This document shows positions 1-9,870 of a DNA stretch of 64,000 nt, piece by piece. The position numbers were made by a program, and so were the translations under genes. The stretch covers positions 864,001 through 928,000 of the forward strand of contig OZ253496.1 in assembly GCA_965262115.1 (NCBI GenBank), given 5' to 3'. Below the pieces are notes generated by a model, which was not told where the DNA came from, did not search any database, and saw nothing but the letters and a program-made list of their open reading frames with translations. How positions within the stretch are numbered: position 1 is the first letter of the stretch; the number at the start of each line of letters is the position of its first letter. The stretch is from Nitrospinales bacterium. GTDB lineage: Bacteria > Nitrospinota > Nitrospinia > Nitrospinales > VA-1.

Positions 1-352
1 ATATCTTTCTTTCATCACCATCCAAAGTGATCATTTCCTGACGAGAAGGATTATTGAAAACTGCCAACCCTTCCTTGAAATTAACCACACTCACTTCTGT
101 GGATGATAAGCTTTTGTTGACCTTATGCAGAGGAGCAATATCATTCTTATCTACCTCTGAAGTCAATAATTGCTCCAGCGATATATTTCCCAGGCGAGCA
201 ATCTTGACCAGCACTGAGACAGGAGCATCCCTCTCTCCCGCTTCATACCGAACAAAAGTGCGGAAACCTACTTTAAGAATTTCCGACATGACGGATTGGG
301 TACAACCCAGTTCCTTGCGAATCGTTTTCAAATTCTTTGCCAAAATTGACAT
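1..352 (-). CDS. XRE-family helix-turn-helix transcriptional regulator (runs off the window edge; absent from the ORF track)
   Basis: Manual translation from ATG at 352: MSILAKNLKTIRKELGCTQSVMSEILKVGFRTFVRYEAGERDAPVSVLVKIARLGNISLEQLL, a typical Cro/C1 HTH pattern. Confidence 0.85.
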   Translation of the reverse strand, partial: MSILAKNLKTIRKELGCTQSVMSEILKVGFRTFVRYEAGERDAPVSVLVKIARLGNISLEQLLTSEVDKNDIAPLHKVNKSLSSTEVSVVNFKEGLAVFNNPSRQEMITLDGDERKI

Positions 353-698
353 AAAATTTTCCACCTAAAACAGTTTACATTTATATTCATAATAAGCTAT
401 ACACCTGTTCAATACAAGCTGGGAAGAACTCCCATCATAGAAAGTGACAACCAAAAAAAATATCACCCGCGTGAACTGGCGAGAAAAAAATTTCTTTAGC
501 TCTGATTCCGTCAAATTTTTAGCCAAATATTCCTAGGCAATCTTCACATTTCCACCCAAAGAAATAAATTTGACGCCACAAAAATACGCATAAACATAGA
601 TATTAAAAGGGGTAAGCCTGTTTTTTCTAGAAAAAAAGATATGGCATCGGATTTGCTAATATTACAAGCAATACCTTTTAACTTGCTGGGAGACTGAT

Positions 699-1091
699 AT
701 GGGTTCCGATGACTTTTTAGATCAGGAGTATGAAAACTTGAATGATGCGATTTTACAGGCCATCGTGGCATCGAAAGAGGTGCAAGATATTCTTGCGCAA
801 TTTAAGAAGCAGAATCACATGGATGATAAGGCTGTTCTGAACCTGTTTTTAAGCCTTGATGAACTGCACCCGATGATCAATGAAAAATCTTCGAATCCCG
901 ATGCTTATAAACTGGAACCGAGCACTTCAATATCCCCACCAGAAAAGCCCAGGAAAGAGAAGTTTTCTTTAAGAAAGGGGGACAAGATTGATGGGGAAAC
1001 TTTGACGATCAACGAAGTCCTTTTTGAAAAATACTATCAGGGAAAGTTCAGCGAAGCCACTTGGATGAAAAAAACCCGTGTCCGCTTCTAA
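699..1091 (+). CDS. hypothetical protein
   Basis: 130-aa ORF with GGAGA RBS; no recognised motif. Confidence 0.7.
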   Translation: MGSDDFLDQEYENLNDAILQAIVASKEVQDILAQFKKQNHMDDKAVLNLFLSLDELHPMINEKSSNPDAYKLEPSTSISPPEKPRKEKFSLRKGDKIDGETLTINEVLFEKYYQGKFSEATWMKKTRVRF

Positions 1092-1123
1092 AAATCTTTC
1101 AGGTACGGACCATGTTTTTCGGA

Positions 1124-1312
1124 CTACTTCTGGAAGATTTTGGCATCGCAGGATATATATTTGATCTGCTTGAGAGGAATCACAAAAATTTCCTCGGAGG
1201 TGGTCACCTCGAACAGTTCCAAGTCATCACTAAAGCCATGCTTTTGGGTCGTATCGAGAATCAGTTCCTGATTATCCACGAAAACAATTTTGAGCTGATA
1301 CTGCATTACCAT
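1124..1312 (-). CDS. small hypothetical protein
   Basis: 62-aa ORF with AAGGGG RBS, co-oriented downstream of the radical SAM gene. Confidence 0.65.
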   Translation of the reverse strand: MVMQYQLKIVFVDNQELILDTTQKHGFSDDLELFEVTTSEEIFVIPLKQIKYISCDAKIFQK

Positions 1313-1370
1313 CCCCTTTCTATTATTAAAATCACTGCTTAAATATCCACCGCAAAAATTTACTCATCTC

Positions 1371-2588
1371 CTAGTTGGGATGGGCAACCGCCTCAAACTT
1401 TTTCGAAAGAGGATTCCGCAGATAGTCTTCAACATAATTTTTCAAAAACCCTTTTTCATACAGCTTTTTATTTGAAAGATCGGAGTTCACCTTGTTGAGC
1501 ACTTTAAACCGCACCCGATGGAAACGCTCTTTAAACTCATCAAACGAAACTCCCGATATGTCCCGCTCATCATTGGAAGATTTCTCCATAATCACGCGGG
1601 GAAGATGCACAACCCTCTGGTGGCTTAACCTCTTGGCGACATCGCTGAAAGTGAGCAAGGTCGTGCAGTCCGAGTCCCCTCCCAAAGTCTCATTCGGCAC
1701 ATAAAGGAAACGCGCACGGCCCCGGCGAAACATATGCAGGACCCGGTAAACATTGCCTGCCATCACAACCCAATCCTTTTTTTCCAATTCGCAGGCATCG
1801 AAGGTTTTAATGATTTTATTTCGGTTCAGAAAAGACGTGATGTCCGATTCGGTATGAATCATCTGGACATTGGTCAGGTTCATGTCATAAATCTTTTGCG
1901 ACTCAATGGGGAGGAACCGCTTGCCCTGCCGCATCAAAGCCGTGGTTTTCTCATCAATATATTTTAAAGGAGTCAGGCACCCCATCCACAACAGGCATTT
2001 TTTGTTAATCCGGGCAATGGTTTTCGCGTCTTCTGACATCGTGCCGGGACCCAGTGAATAAAAATTGGCCGAAGTCACCGCCGGGCCATCCAACACCTCC
2101 AGAACCTGCTTGACTGAAGGTCCTTTCGGCATCAATTGCTTGCGATAAGACCCCAAGGTGATCACCGAAAGTTCAAAGTTGATGCGACCGGGATACTTTC
2201 TCACCAGATGGTTGATCCTTTTCGGGTCAAAATAACCCACCGAGAACATGACGATATTTTTATCTGTCTTTTCCAGGAACTCCTCAATCCAGTCCATCGC
2301 CTTGGGGTGCAGAGCAAGGTCTGTCCATTCCATATATTCGTTGCCTCCCAAAACCCACGACTCTGTTGCCCGGGTCGGAAAAGCCTGTATTTCATTTAAA
2401 ATAAAATTCCAATCTTCTTGCGTAGTGAGAGGCATATCAAAAGTTTGGCGGTAGCTGATATCCATTTCATAACAAAACGTGCATTTTACCGGACAAGTCT
2501 TTCCCAGGCTTATAGGAATTTTGTGGTCCTTAATCTCTTTGAGCATTACTTGTTGAAGAAGTTCCCGGTTCTGTACACTCATTGCCAA
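1371..2588 (-). CDS. uncharacterised radical SAM protein with DUF512-like C-terminus
   Basis: CPVKCTFC (CxxxCxxC) near the N-terminus; C-terminal VPNETLGGDSDCTTLLTFSDV resembles the DUF512 N-x2-FGG-x5-LLT-x2-D motif. Confidence 0.75.
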   Translation of the reverse strand: MAMSVQNRELLQQVMLKEIKDHKIPISLGKTCPVKCTFCYEMDISYRQTFDMPLTTQEDWNFILNEIQAFPTRATESWVLGGNEYMEWTDLALHPKAMDWIEEFLEKTDKNIVMFSVGYFDPKRINHLVRKYPGRINFELSVITLGSYRKQLMPKGPSVKQVLEVLDGPAVTSANFYSLGPGTMSEDAKTIARINKKCLLWMGCLTPLKYIDEKTTALMRQGKRFLPIESQKIYDMNLTNVQMIHTESDITSFLNRNKIIKTFDACELEKKDWVVMAGNVYRVLHMFRRGRARFLYVPNETLGGDSDCTTLLTFSDVAKRLSHQRVVHLPRVIMEKSSNDERDISGVSFDEFKERFHRVRFKVLNKVNSDLSNKKLYEKGFLKNYVEDYLRNPLSKKFEAVAHPN

Positions 2589-2910
2589 TCCTTAAATGCG
2601 CTTACTAATGACTCATCCACCGGCACCTCCTGACTCTGCCCCGGCTCCAGACTCTGGATAAGTTTGTTAAGATGGACTGCCGCGCACCCCATATAGGCAA
2701 TACTTTCCTGCTGAAGTTTATAGGTACCCGACTTCAGCTTTGCCCCCAGTTCCTCAACATGCTTTGAGTCAAAAGGATGGGTCATCGCGGATTTTTTGAA
2801 TTCCTCAATCGCTTCCTTAAAACTTTTCTTTTCATGCAAAGTGACGCCGTTTTTCAGGCTTTCCTGGGCAATTCGAACTTCTTCCACCGTTATAAGATTA
2901 TCTTCCACCA
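2579..2910 (-). CDS. hypothetical helical/TPR-like protein
   Basis: Start at MVEDNL after an AAGGAG RBS; stop overlaps the start of the radical SAM gene. Confidence 0.7.
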
Positions 2911-3206
2911 TGGACTCCTTGATTCTTGAACAAAAAGAAAAAGATGGCGTTTGAAATGAGGGACCTATGATCCCGTACATCAAACTTCCACCTTTCAGGA
3001 CCGCACAAAGAAACGGGCTGGCCGCAACCTCGATCACTTTTGAAATTTAGCCTATTGTAGCACTGATTTTACAGGGCCTGTCAAGCGATTACCCCAGGTA
3101 CCTGTAAATTAAAGAAAGGAGAACGTTGCAGGGGAAAACTTTGAAGGAAGGGATTGCAACACAAGAACAAAAAAGGCAGGGAACCCAAACATTCCCCGCC
3201 AAAAAA

Positions 3207-3367
3207 CCACTAGGCGTGGGGCCAGCAAGCACGTGATATTCAACCTAAATTTTCGTGCCCCGTAAGGGGTAATCTCTTGATCGAGCAAGCAAAGAGTCAA
3301 CACGGCTTAAGCAAGCCCTTGCCCAGACCCCGTTGGGCATGAAGGTAATGATGGGGATATCACAGCC
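3207..3367. repeat. cluster of intergenic mosaic repeat modules (A, B, C and an inverted B)
   Basis: CCACTAGGCGTGGGGCCAGC; GTGATATT..TTCGTGCCCCGTAAGGGGTA; GCAAAGAGTCAACACGGCTTAA; each module recurs elsewhere in the window. Confidence 0.75.
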
Positions 3368-3823
3368 TCCCCTGCCAAGGGGCGCGAGAAAGAGTTATTG
3401 CTATCTGCAAAATTCCACAGTAACTCAGCATCGTGATGTCCCGAACCCCGTCTCCGTTTCCGGTGAGGGTCTGTCTTTCGGGATTACTGGCGATGTGGTT
3501 AATGCGTCAGATTATTTTGCTGGTGGTTGAGGACTATGTTCCTCATCACAATGGCCTTCGGGGCATCCTCCTCCCATGCCGTAACACCCGGCGGTCATGG
3601 TGGCCAGAAACAACAATAGAACTATGCCAGCGAATCTTTTCATCCTAATTCTCTCCTTTTTAAGTACAGAAGGTTCAGCCCTATTGGGTTGGGGTCCAAG
3701 GTTTTTTTTGGACTATGACTTTTATCAACATTTATACAATATTTCAATCATTTTCTGACATTTTGACCTACAATAGAAACAGTTTGTTTATATATCCTAA
3801 ACCTTTAACACCAAGGTGTTACC

Positions 3824-4588
3824 CTGGTTCCTCCTTCAGACATTGAAATTTCAGCCCTTGAGAGCAAACTCACCACAGCGAGAATCGGTCGTCCCCTACG
3901 GATTCTCTCTGAAATCGACTCGACAAATGAGGAAATCCGGCGCAACCTGACCCTCCCCGAGGGAGCGGTCGTCATTGCCAACCAGCAATTCCTTGGACGG
4001 GGTCGGCAGGGGCGTTCGTGGCACTCCGAACCTGAGACCGGACTCTACCTCTCCACACTTTTAAAGCCCAATCTGCCACCGGAAAACCTGGCCCTCATCA
4101 CCTTAATGGCCGGGGTAGCAACCGTGTCCGCCATCCAGCAACAGGCAAAGCTCAAATGGCCGAACGATATCCTGCTAAATGGTAAAAAACTCGCGGGGAT
4201 TTTATGTGAACACATCCCCGGCGACGCCCCTGTCGTCATCGTGGGAATCGGGATAAACCTCAATCAAAGCCGCTTTCCCGAAGATATTCAGGGCATCGCC
4301 ACGTCGCTGAAGCTGGAAACCGGAAAAGATATCAACCGCGCCGATCTTGTCCTCAACCTTCTTGAAAATCTGGATCGCGAATATAAAGCGTTCCTCCAAG
4401 GCAAAAATGAAAACCTGATCCGCAAATGGACTGAGCAGTCCGACATGTTCGGCAAAACCGTGACCGTCTTTCAAAAAGGAAACACTCTGGTCGGAAAAGC
4501 ACTGGGACTCAACCCAGAAGGCAAGCTGATCTTTCAAACTCCAGACGGAGAACAACATACTCTCGATTCTGGCGAGCTACTACCGTAG
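3824..4588 (+). CDS. birA: biotin--[acetyl-CoA-carboxylase] ligase (no HTH domain), probable CTG start
   Basis: The frame is open from 3809 and contains IDSTNE, GRGRQGRSW, KWPNDI and KLAGIL; the ORF-track start at 4106 omits the biotin-binding loop. Confidence 0.9.
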   Translation: MVPPSDIEISALESKLTTARIGRPLRILSEIDSTNEEIRRNLTLPEGAVVIANQQFLGRGRQGRSWHSEPETGLYLSTLLKPNLPPENLALITLMAGVATVSAIQQQAKLKWPNDILLNGKKLAGILCEHIPGDAPVVIVGIGINLNQSRFPEDIQGIATSLKLETGKDINRADLVLNLLENLDREYKAFLQGKNENLIRKWTEQSDMFGKTVTVFQKGNTLVGKALGLNPEGKLIFQTPDGEQHTLDSGELLP

Positions 4589-4610
4589 GGGCAAGTAATG
4601 GAATTCCCTT

Positions 4611-5729
4611 TCACTGCAAAAGGTGAATCAGGTTGCCGGCGGCGTAAGTGCGGACGACTTGCAAAGAATCCTGCAACAGTTCCACCAGGATCGGAAAGGC
4701 CTCCGGTCCACCCATCATCCCCACGGCCCGAACCGCCGCCGTGCGCACCCGCGAGTGCTCATCGTCCATAGCAAGCTTCAACAAGCGAACCCGGTTGGGG
4801 ATCTTCGATTCCCCCAAAACCCGCGTGGTGGAACTACGCACACTATAATCGGAGTGCTTTAACAGTTCTTCAAATACAATCTGGCAGGAGTTCGATCCCA
4901 TTCGGTTCAGAGCCAGCGCCGCCGACAGTTTCACCATTCCATCCTTGTCGGCACATAAGGGAATCAAATCCGGCTCTGCCTCCCGAAGATTGCCCATCGC
5001 CAACGCCGCTGCTTGGCGCACAGAGGCATTATCGCGCTTAATCAATTCTCTGAGTTTCGGCAACATATCCATAGTGGCTTTTCCCTCGACCGCTTTCAGA
5101 CTATAGAACACCATTTCCGGTTCGGCATGATCGAACAACTTCGCCAGATGCGGCAGAACTGCCTCGGTGCCGATCTTGCCAAGATAACCAATGGCCTGAT
5201 ACCTCATGTCGGGAATAGGATGAGTGAGCGGGTCCAGCACATCTGCAAGATATTTTGCTTCGCCGTGTTTCACCAGTCCGGAAGAAGCCGCCATGCGTAC
5301 CGGCACATCGTAGGATTTTAAAAATACCCGCACTTCTTCGACCGTTTCCGACCCACCTTCATCGCCCAGTATCTCAACTGCCGCACTGCGAACCCAGATG
5401 TCGGTGTCTCCCGTCATCCTGCGCGCCGCCTTCAAAGCATCGGTCCGTGAAACCTTCTGCAATCCCTGCAGGGCAAACAAGCGGACCGTGGGATAAACAT
5501 CTTCCGTAGCCTTGTTGAGCAGAGGGATCAGTTGGACATCCTGAGACTCCCCCGCCGCCCACGCCGCTGCGGCCCGCAAAAACGCTCGTTCATTTTGATA
5601 AGTCTGCTGTAAAACAGCCAGACTGGTCTCGCGAATTTTTTTGAGAACGGTTTCAGGCCTCGACTCGGCAAACCCTGTCTGCGGAACAACCAGCAACACA
5701 AACAGAAAACCCATTATTCGTTGCGTCAT
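4611..5729 (-). CDS. exported HEAT-repeat protein
   Basis: Signal peptide followed by repeated VRxxAAxALG units. Confidence 0.85.
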   Translation of the reverse strand: MTQRIMGFLFVLLVVPQTGFAESRPETVLKKIRETSLAVLQQTYQNERAFLRAAAAWAAGESQDVQLIPLLNKATEDVYPTVRLFALQGLQKVSRTDALKAARRMTGDTDIWVRSAAVEILGDEGGSETVEEVRVFLKSYDVPVRMAASSGLVKHGEAKYLADVLDPLTHPIPDMRYQAIGYLGKIGTEAVLPHLAKLFDHAEPEMVFYSLKAVEGKATMDMLPKLRELIKRDNASVRQAAALAMGNLREAEPDLIPLCADKDGMVKLSAALALNRMGSNSCQIVFEELLKHSDYSVRSSTTRVLGESKIPNRVRLLKLAMDDEHSRVRTAAVRAVGMMGGPEAFPILVELLQDSLQVVRTYAAGNLIHLLQ

Positions 5730-6571
5730 TTTAGAGATCCCTCCACCAGACCCAAATATCTCGCCACAAGGTTCCGATAATGTTTTTCATCCTGATTTTT
5801 TCCCCGCTTGCCATAGCCATTGGCAAGAATGCCACATTTTTCAATAAGCATCGCCACCACCCCATCCCTTTGCTTCTCATCCAGTCCGTTCGCTTTCAAC
5901 AATTTCTCCAGCGCGTGAACCCGCCAGCGGTCCATGCCCCAGTATTTGCGCGACAACTGGTCTTCATGCCCTCCCCGCTTGACGATCAACTTCTTCTCGA
6001 TGAAATGAAAGGGATACCGTTTAGCGATGCGCAACCACAAATCATAATCCTCACAGACCGGCATCGACTCATCGAATCCGCCAATCTCGTTCAACAGTTC
6101 TGCGCGCAGTAGCACCGAAGACGGACTGACAATACAAAGCGGCAGGCAATGTCGAAAAATATCGCCGGAATATTTGCGGTGCTTGTCCATCGGGTTCACC
6201 CGCACGCCGTTACGAATCCATATTTCATCGGTATAAACCGCATGCTGGCCCGGGTGATCCTCTATCCACTTCATCTGAGTGGTAAGTTTATCCTTTTCCC
6301 ACAAATCATCCGAGTCGAGAAACGCAATCCATTCCCCACGCGCCTTGGTCATGCCCCGGTTGCGTGCGAATGAAACGCCCTTGTTTTCCTCCAGACGAAT
6401 CCGTTGAACCGCCGGGAACTGGCGCACCACTTCTGAGGTGTTGTCGGTAGACCCGTCATCCACCACGATCAACTCGAAATTAGTGAAGCTTTGCTCCAGC
6501 ACCGATCGAATCGACTCGGCCAGGCAATAGCCACGGTTAAAAGTCGGAATGATGACCGAGACCTTACTCAT
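5726..6571 (-). CDS. glycosyltransferase family 2
   Basis: VSVIIPTFNR, VVDDGSTD, FLDSDD and EDYDLW motifs. Confidence 0.9.
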   Translation of the reverse strand: MSKVSVIIPTFNRGYCLAESIRSVLEQSFTNFELIVVDDGSTDNTSEVVRQFPAVQRIRLEENKGVSFARNRGMTKARGEWIAFLDSDDLWEKDKLTTQMKWIEDHPGQHAVYTDEIWIRNGVRVNPMDKHRKYSGDIFRHCLPLCIVSPSSVLLRAELLNEIGGFDESMPVCEDYDLWLRIAKRYPFHFIEKKLIVKRGGHEDQLSRKYWGMDRWRVHALEKLLKANGLDEKQRDGVVAMLIEKCGILANGYGKRGKNQDEKHYRNLVARYLGLVEGSLK

Positions 6572-6862
6572 TGTTTTTTTTATCCCTTCCTGATCATAAA
6601 ATGGTGCCCTGCCTACAGAGCCCGGCAAAACTCAGGTCTCTATTTATCCTCCGAACGTAAAACAGCCCTAAGCTCAATGGGGTACGCAAATGCAAGCATA
6701 TCACAATCGAAGCCCTGCCATAATTGCCTTGACAAACCCGCTAAATTACCATAAAATTAGGGGATTTCCAAGGAATAACGGATTAAAAAACAGCCTACTA
6801 GCGAGGCTTTTCCAGAATAAGAAGAATTAAGAGTAAGCCGCGGCTTGGTATGTAGGTTCGAT

Positions 6863-7867
6863 ATGGAATTCAGGGACGTCACACAGGATTTAAAAAGCGA
6901 CCTCGCCAGGGTCGAAAAGGCCATCAATCAGAACTATAAATCAGATGTGCCCTTGATTCCTGGAATCAGCGCCTATCTGATGAGTTGTGGTGGCAAGCGC
7001 ATCCGCCCCATACTCACTCTTCTGGGCGCCAAACTCTGTGGGCGCGAAATTGATGATACGGTCGTTAAACATGGCTGTGTCGTCGAATATATCCATGCCG
7101 CAACCCTGCTCCACGATGATGTAGTCGATGAAACCACGGTTAGGCGCGGTAAAGAAACCGTCAACGCCAAATGGGGAAGCGATGCCAGCATTCTGGTCGG
7201 CGATTTCCTCATTTCGCGGGCTATCCTGATTCTGGCCGAAGACTGCGAACGCAAAATCATCCAAGCCGTCACCGAGGCCACCAAAGTTCTCGTCGAAGGG
7301 GGCATTCACGAATACACCGAAGTCCGCAATATCAAAGTCACCGAAAAACATATCCTTGATATCATTCACCGCAAAACTGCGTCCATGATTTCCGTCAGCG
7401 TGAGACTCGGTGGACTGCTGGCAAACGCAACCGAACAACAGGAAACGGCGATCATTTCCTTTGGCGATGATTTCGGCATGGCGTTCCAGTTGATGGATGA
7501 CGCGCTCGACTACGATGCCGATGAAGCCCTGCTCGGAAAACCACCGGGGACCGATTTTAAAGAAGGCCACGTCACCCTGCCCCTGCACCATCTCTATAAC
7601 AAGGCAGACCGGTCACTGAAAAAAGAAATCGAAGCCTTCATCAAAAACGAAAACATCACGCCAAAAGATTTAGAGTATGTCGTGGAACAAATGCGCAAAC
7701 ATAAATCCATCGACTACACCCTGAACCTTGCCCGCTTCCACATCGACCGGGCCAAATCACATCTCAGAAAAGCTGACTTCCCGGCACCGCAATACATCGA
7801 ACACTTCGATGCCGTGGCTGACTACATCTACAGTCGGCATGTGGGAAGCACAACAGTTACACAGTAA
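6863..7867 (+). CDS. ispB: long-chain polyprenyl diphosphate synthase (IspB-like)
   Basis: GGKRIRP, first Asp-rich motif LLHDDVVD..RRG, KTA, and FQLMDDALD. Confidence 0.85.
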   Translation: MEFRDVTQDLKSDLARVEKAINQNYKSDVPLIPGISAYLMSCGGKRIRPILTLLGAKLCGREIDDTVVKHGCVVEYIHAATLLHDDVVDETTVRRGKETVNAKWGSDASILVGDFLISRAILILAEDCERKIIQAVTEATKVLVEGGIHEYTEVRNIKVTEKHILDIIHRKTASMISVSVRLGGLLANATEQQETAIISFGDDFGMAFQLMDDALDYDADEALLGKPPGTDFKEGHVTLPLHHLYNKADRSLKKEIEAFIKNENITPKDLEYVVEQMRKHKSIDYTLNLARFHIDRAKSHLRKADFPAPQYIEHFDAVADYIYSRHVGSTTVTQ

Positions 7868-7930
7868 GCTATCTCTGCATCAGCATCTGATATAATGTAA
7901 GGAAGTAACCGTTTCTTCGCGGAGAAGCCT

Positions 7931-8470
7931 ATGTCTTCCCATCCTCTGGTCGACCTTGCCATCCAATCGGTCAAACACCATTTAGAAAACGGCCAACCCC
8001 TGCCCTGCCCCAATCCCCTCCCCGAAAACATGCAGAAACAGGCTGGAGCCTTTGTCTCTATTAAGAAGAACGGACTCTTAAGAGGTTGCATCGGCACCAT
8101 TCAACCGAAATACGCCAACCTTGCCGAAGAAGTGATTCGAAACGCTATCAAAGCAGCTAACGAAGACCCCAGGTTCCCACCCATAGAAAAAAAGGAACTA
8201 GAACAACTCACCTTCTGGGTAGATGTCCTGGCCCCACCGGAAAAAATCGATGACCTTACATCGTTAGACGTAAAACGCTACGGCCTGATCGTGCGCAGTG
8301 AAGAAAAACGCGGGCTGCTCCTTCCCGATCTGGAAAACATCAAAACACCGGACCAGCAACTGAAAGTCTGCCTGAAAAAAGGCGGGATAAAAAACACCGA
8401 CAACTACAAACTCTACCGCTTCGAAGTCAAAAGATTCCACCAGCGTGACGCTGGACTCAATGAGCAATAG
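7931..8470 (+). CDS. AMMECR1-domain protein (AmmeMemoRadiSam protein A)
   Basis: LRGCIGT signature, DPRFPP and GLLLP. Confidence 0.9.
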   Translation: MSSHPLVDLAIQSVKHHLENGQPLPCPNPLPENMQKQAGAFVSIKKNGLLRGCIGTIQPKYANLAEEVIRNAIKAANEDPRFPPIEKKELEQLTFWVDVLAPPEKIDDLTSLDVKRYGLIVRSEEKRGLLLPDLENIKTPDQQLKVCLKKGGIKNTDNYKLYRFEVKRFHQRDAGLNEQ

Positions 8471-8528
8471 CTCACCCTGGTGAACAAAAAGTTTTTCCGG
8501 CACAACCAAGCCTTATGTCAACGCCTGG

Positions 8529-8675
8529 ATGAGTATGAAAATCAGTGAGAAGGATTGGAATAATCTTACCACCCACCTTAATGCAACGCTTGACCATTTT
8601 CAGGCGGCAGAACAAGAGAAATCCGAGGTGTGCGGATTTGTTGCAAGCTTAAAAGGAGATATTATCGAAAAATAA
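8529..8675 (+). pseudogene. C-terminal remnant of a group I truncated haemoglobin
   Basis: Manual translation MSMKISEKDWNNLTTHLNATLDHFQAAEQEKSEVCGFVASLKGDIIEK matches the trHbN G/H helices; the N-terminal half with the haem His is missing. Confidence 0.6.
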
Positions 8676-8786
8676 TGCATTTGTTTTGTCACTCTGGCCT
8701 TGAAGATTTAGGAAAAGGGAACATATTTAATGTATAATATTGGCAATAAAAATTATTTTTTATTAAAACAATCGGGGTTTTTACCC

Positions 8787-9461
8787 ATGAAACTCCTTAA
8801 GTTTATTCTAATCATTCAGTTCATTATGGTTGCGCCCTTGCTGCCGGGTTCTGCCAAGGCCGACAACGTACAAGCTTGCTACGACTACTTTCGTCCTCTT
8901 GAAAATTTGGCTCTGGAGATCAAAGGCCGTGGAGGAACCTGGGAATTATTTGAAAAACGGGCACTTTTCAGAGATCACGCCGTCGTCGGGCTTCATGCTG
9001 ATTCAAAAATAACCGCCCTCATATTCACCATAGACTATCTATGCGAAAGCCAGGAAGGTATCCCGTTTAACGATGTAGCGGTTCAGGTTGTTCCCACATT
9101 GGCAGAAAAGGGACTGGAAGGTTTTATTGAATATTATTTAGTTCTTGCGCATGAGCTTAATGAAATTAAAGGCTGGGCAAAATATGCTGAATGGTATAAT
9201 GCCAACCACAAACGCAAACTGGATCCTAAACAGACAAAAGCTACCATAGATAATGCTCGGCTATTTTTTGAGCGCTATAGAGCACTGGCCGTTAAAATGA
9301 AAACGACAAACGATATCGAAGGCATTGTTAAAGATGGCAAGGCCCTCATTGATGATATTGTGAAGTTCAACACCGTGGACCCCCTTTTAAAACAAGCCAA
9401 CTTTGAAAACTCAAAGATCCCCCAAGTCTCCAACCTGCTTAATATTGCCGATGAAATGTGA
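8787..9461 (+). CDS. exported hypothetical protein
   Basis: Signal peptide MKLLKFILIIQF..AKA; two Cys; no family recognised. Confidence 0.7.
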   Translation: MKLLKFILIIQFIMVAPLLPGSAKADNVQACYDYFRPLENLALEIKGRGGTWELFEKRALFRDHAVVGLHADSKITALIFTIDYLCESQEGIPFNDVAVQVVPTLAEKGLEGFIEYYLVLAHELNEIKGWAKYAEWYNANHKRKLDPKQTKATIDNARLFFERYRALAVKMKTTNDIEGIVKDGKALIDDIVKFNTVDPLLKQANFENSKIPQVSNLLNIADEM

Positions 9462-9612
9462 ATAACCTACGGCTTGTCACAAACGATCTTGGATTTTATC
9501 TGTTTTTAAACAACCGAGACCTCGAATATCTTTCACAATAAAACCTGGATATGCATCTGAAATGGTTTAGCTTAGCAAAAGCTGCCAACAAAAACCCTGC
9601 CTTACATACTCT

Positions 9613-9783
9613 ATGCAGCGTGTCGGTCTTTCCCACTTAAAGCTATTTTCGATTGTCCTGACTTTTCTAACGGGTTTCACCGCCCTGATTTTTCAAAATA
9701 CCTGGCACCGTTACCTCAACTACTTGTTAGGATCGCAATCTCAAGCCACCGCCATGATTCTGGCAGTTTTGGGGGGGGGGGGG
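9613..9783 (+). pseudogene. N-terminal fragment of a fused MFS/spermidine-synthase-type membrane protein, broken at a G13 run
   Basis: FLTGFTALIFQNTWHRYLNYLLGSQSQATAMILAVLGG resembles the family N-terminus (SG..ALxYExxWxRxL...G.....LA.F.GG). Confidence 0.55.
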
Positions 9784-9785
9784 TT

Positions 9786-9826
9786 CATTCAAGGGGTCAG
9801 GGGTTCGATCCCCCTCAGCTCCACCA
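9786..9826 (+). other. 3' half of tRNA-Ala (att-like remnant)
   Basis: CATTCAAGGGGTCAGGGGTTCGATCCCCCTCAGCTCCACCA has an intact T-arm and Ala acceptor 3' strand with CCA, but no 5' half. Confidence 0.75.
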
Positions 9827-9836
9827 TGTATATAAT

Positions 9837-9870
9837 AAGGGGTTAACTCGAACGGGTTGACCCCTTTTTT
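9837..9870 (+). terminator. rho-independent terminator
   Basis: AAGGGGTTAACTCG..CGGGTTGACCCC followed by a T run. Confidence 0.65.

Noticed and set aside
1371..8470. Radical SAM plus AMMECR1 as an AmmeMemoRadiSam system
   Set aside because: They are 5 kb apart with unrelated genes between, no MEMO gene is present, and the radical SAM does not look like that family
9786..9826. Functional tRNA-Ala (and tRNA-Pro at 13555)
   Set aside because: Only 3' halves are present, with no D-arm or 5' acceptor strand
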